Positions 63,816-64,000 of a stretch of 64,000 bases of DNA are shown here, piece after piece; position 1 is the first letter of the stretch; each line of letters begins with the position of its first letter. The stretch is from Lama glama (taxonomy: Eukaryota): assembly GCA_028534125.1 (NCBI GenBank), contig CM052817.1, positions 86,988,001 through 87,052,000 on the forward strand, written 5' to 3'. A program made the translations under genes and the position numbers. The notes under the pieces were generated by a model. It did no database searches and had not been told where the DNA came from. It saw nothing but the letters and a program-made list of their open reading frames with translations.

Positions 63816-64000
63816 TGACTGGGCTGAAGCCTTGGTCCTCTTCTCTTTTTCTTTTCTCTGTCTGCATTCATTTGCAAAATGATCTCGTCTTGATCTTACA
63901 GCATTAAATCACATCCATTCAGACAAATTTCCCTGAACTTCAGACTTCTGTGCCCAGCTACCTTGTCTTCATTCCCTCATAGTTATATAATAACCATCTC

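Noticed and set aside
1..64000. CRISPR arrays, operons, CpG-island promoter, rRNA/snRNA genes, non-retroviral endogenous viral ORFs
   Set aside because: I saw no regularly spaced repeats, CpG island, recognisable RNA gene or long viral-like ORF. The sequence is ordinary mammalian non-coding DNA, although short exons cannot be excluded without alignment.

Overview
This is AT-rich, CpG-depleted placental-mammal genomic DNA, most likely from a camelid: it carries a tRNA-Ala-derived SINE resembling the camelid Vic-1 family, and I saw no Alu, B1/B2, Bov-A or CAN-SINE copies. It reads as a large intron or gene desert. I could not support any host protein-coding exon, RNA gene or prokaryote-type system. 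The only ORF with a recognisable product is a dead LINE-1 ORF2 C-terminal fragment (41287-41667, - strand). The window is dominated by interspersed repeats: young and old L1 fragments (some with clear target-site duplications, TSDs), L2, MIR, probable L3, MaLR/ERVL LTRs and hAT DNA-transposon relics. There are two assembly gaps of exactly 500 N, so contiguity across them is not guaranteed. The best non-repeat leads are a CTCF motif with a correctly spaced upstream module (~50169-50201), a frame-preserving 21-nt candidate microexon (23800-23820, -), a probable young ERV LTR cut off by the first gap, an unexplained exact 19-bp direct repeat, and an AP-1/ETS/NF-kB motif cluster. Repeat family names come from my recall of consensus sequences, not a search, and boundaries without a TSD are approximate. 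I did not find convincing evidence of a novel biological system.
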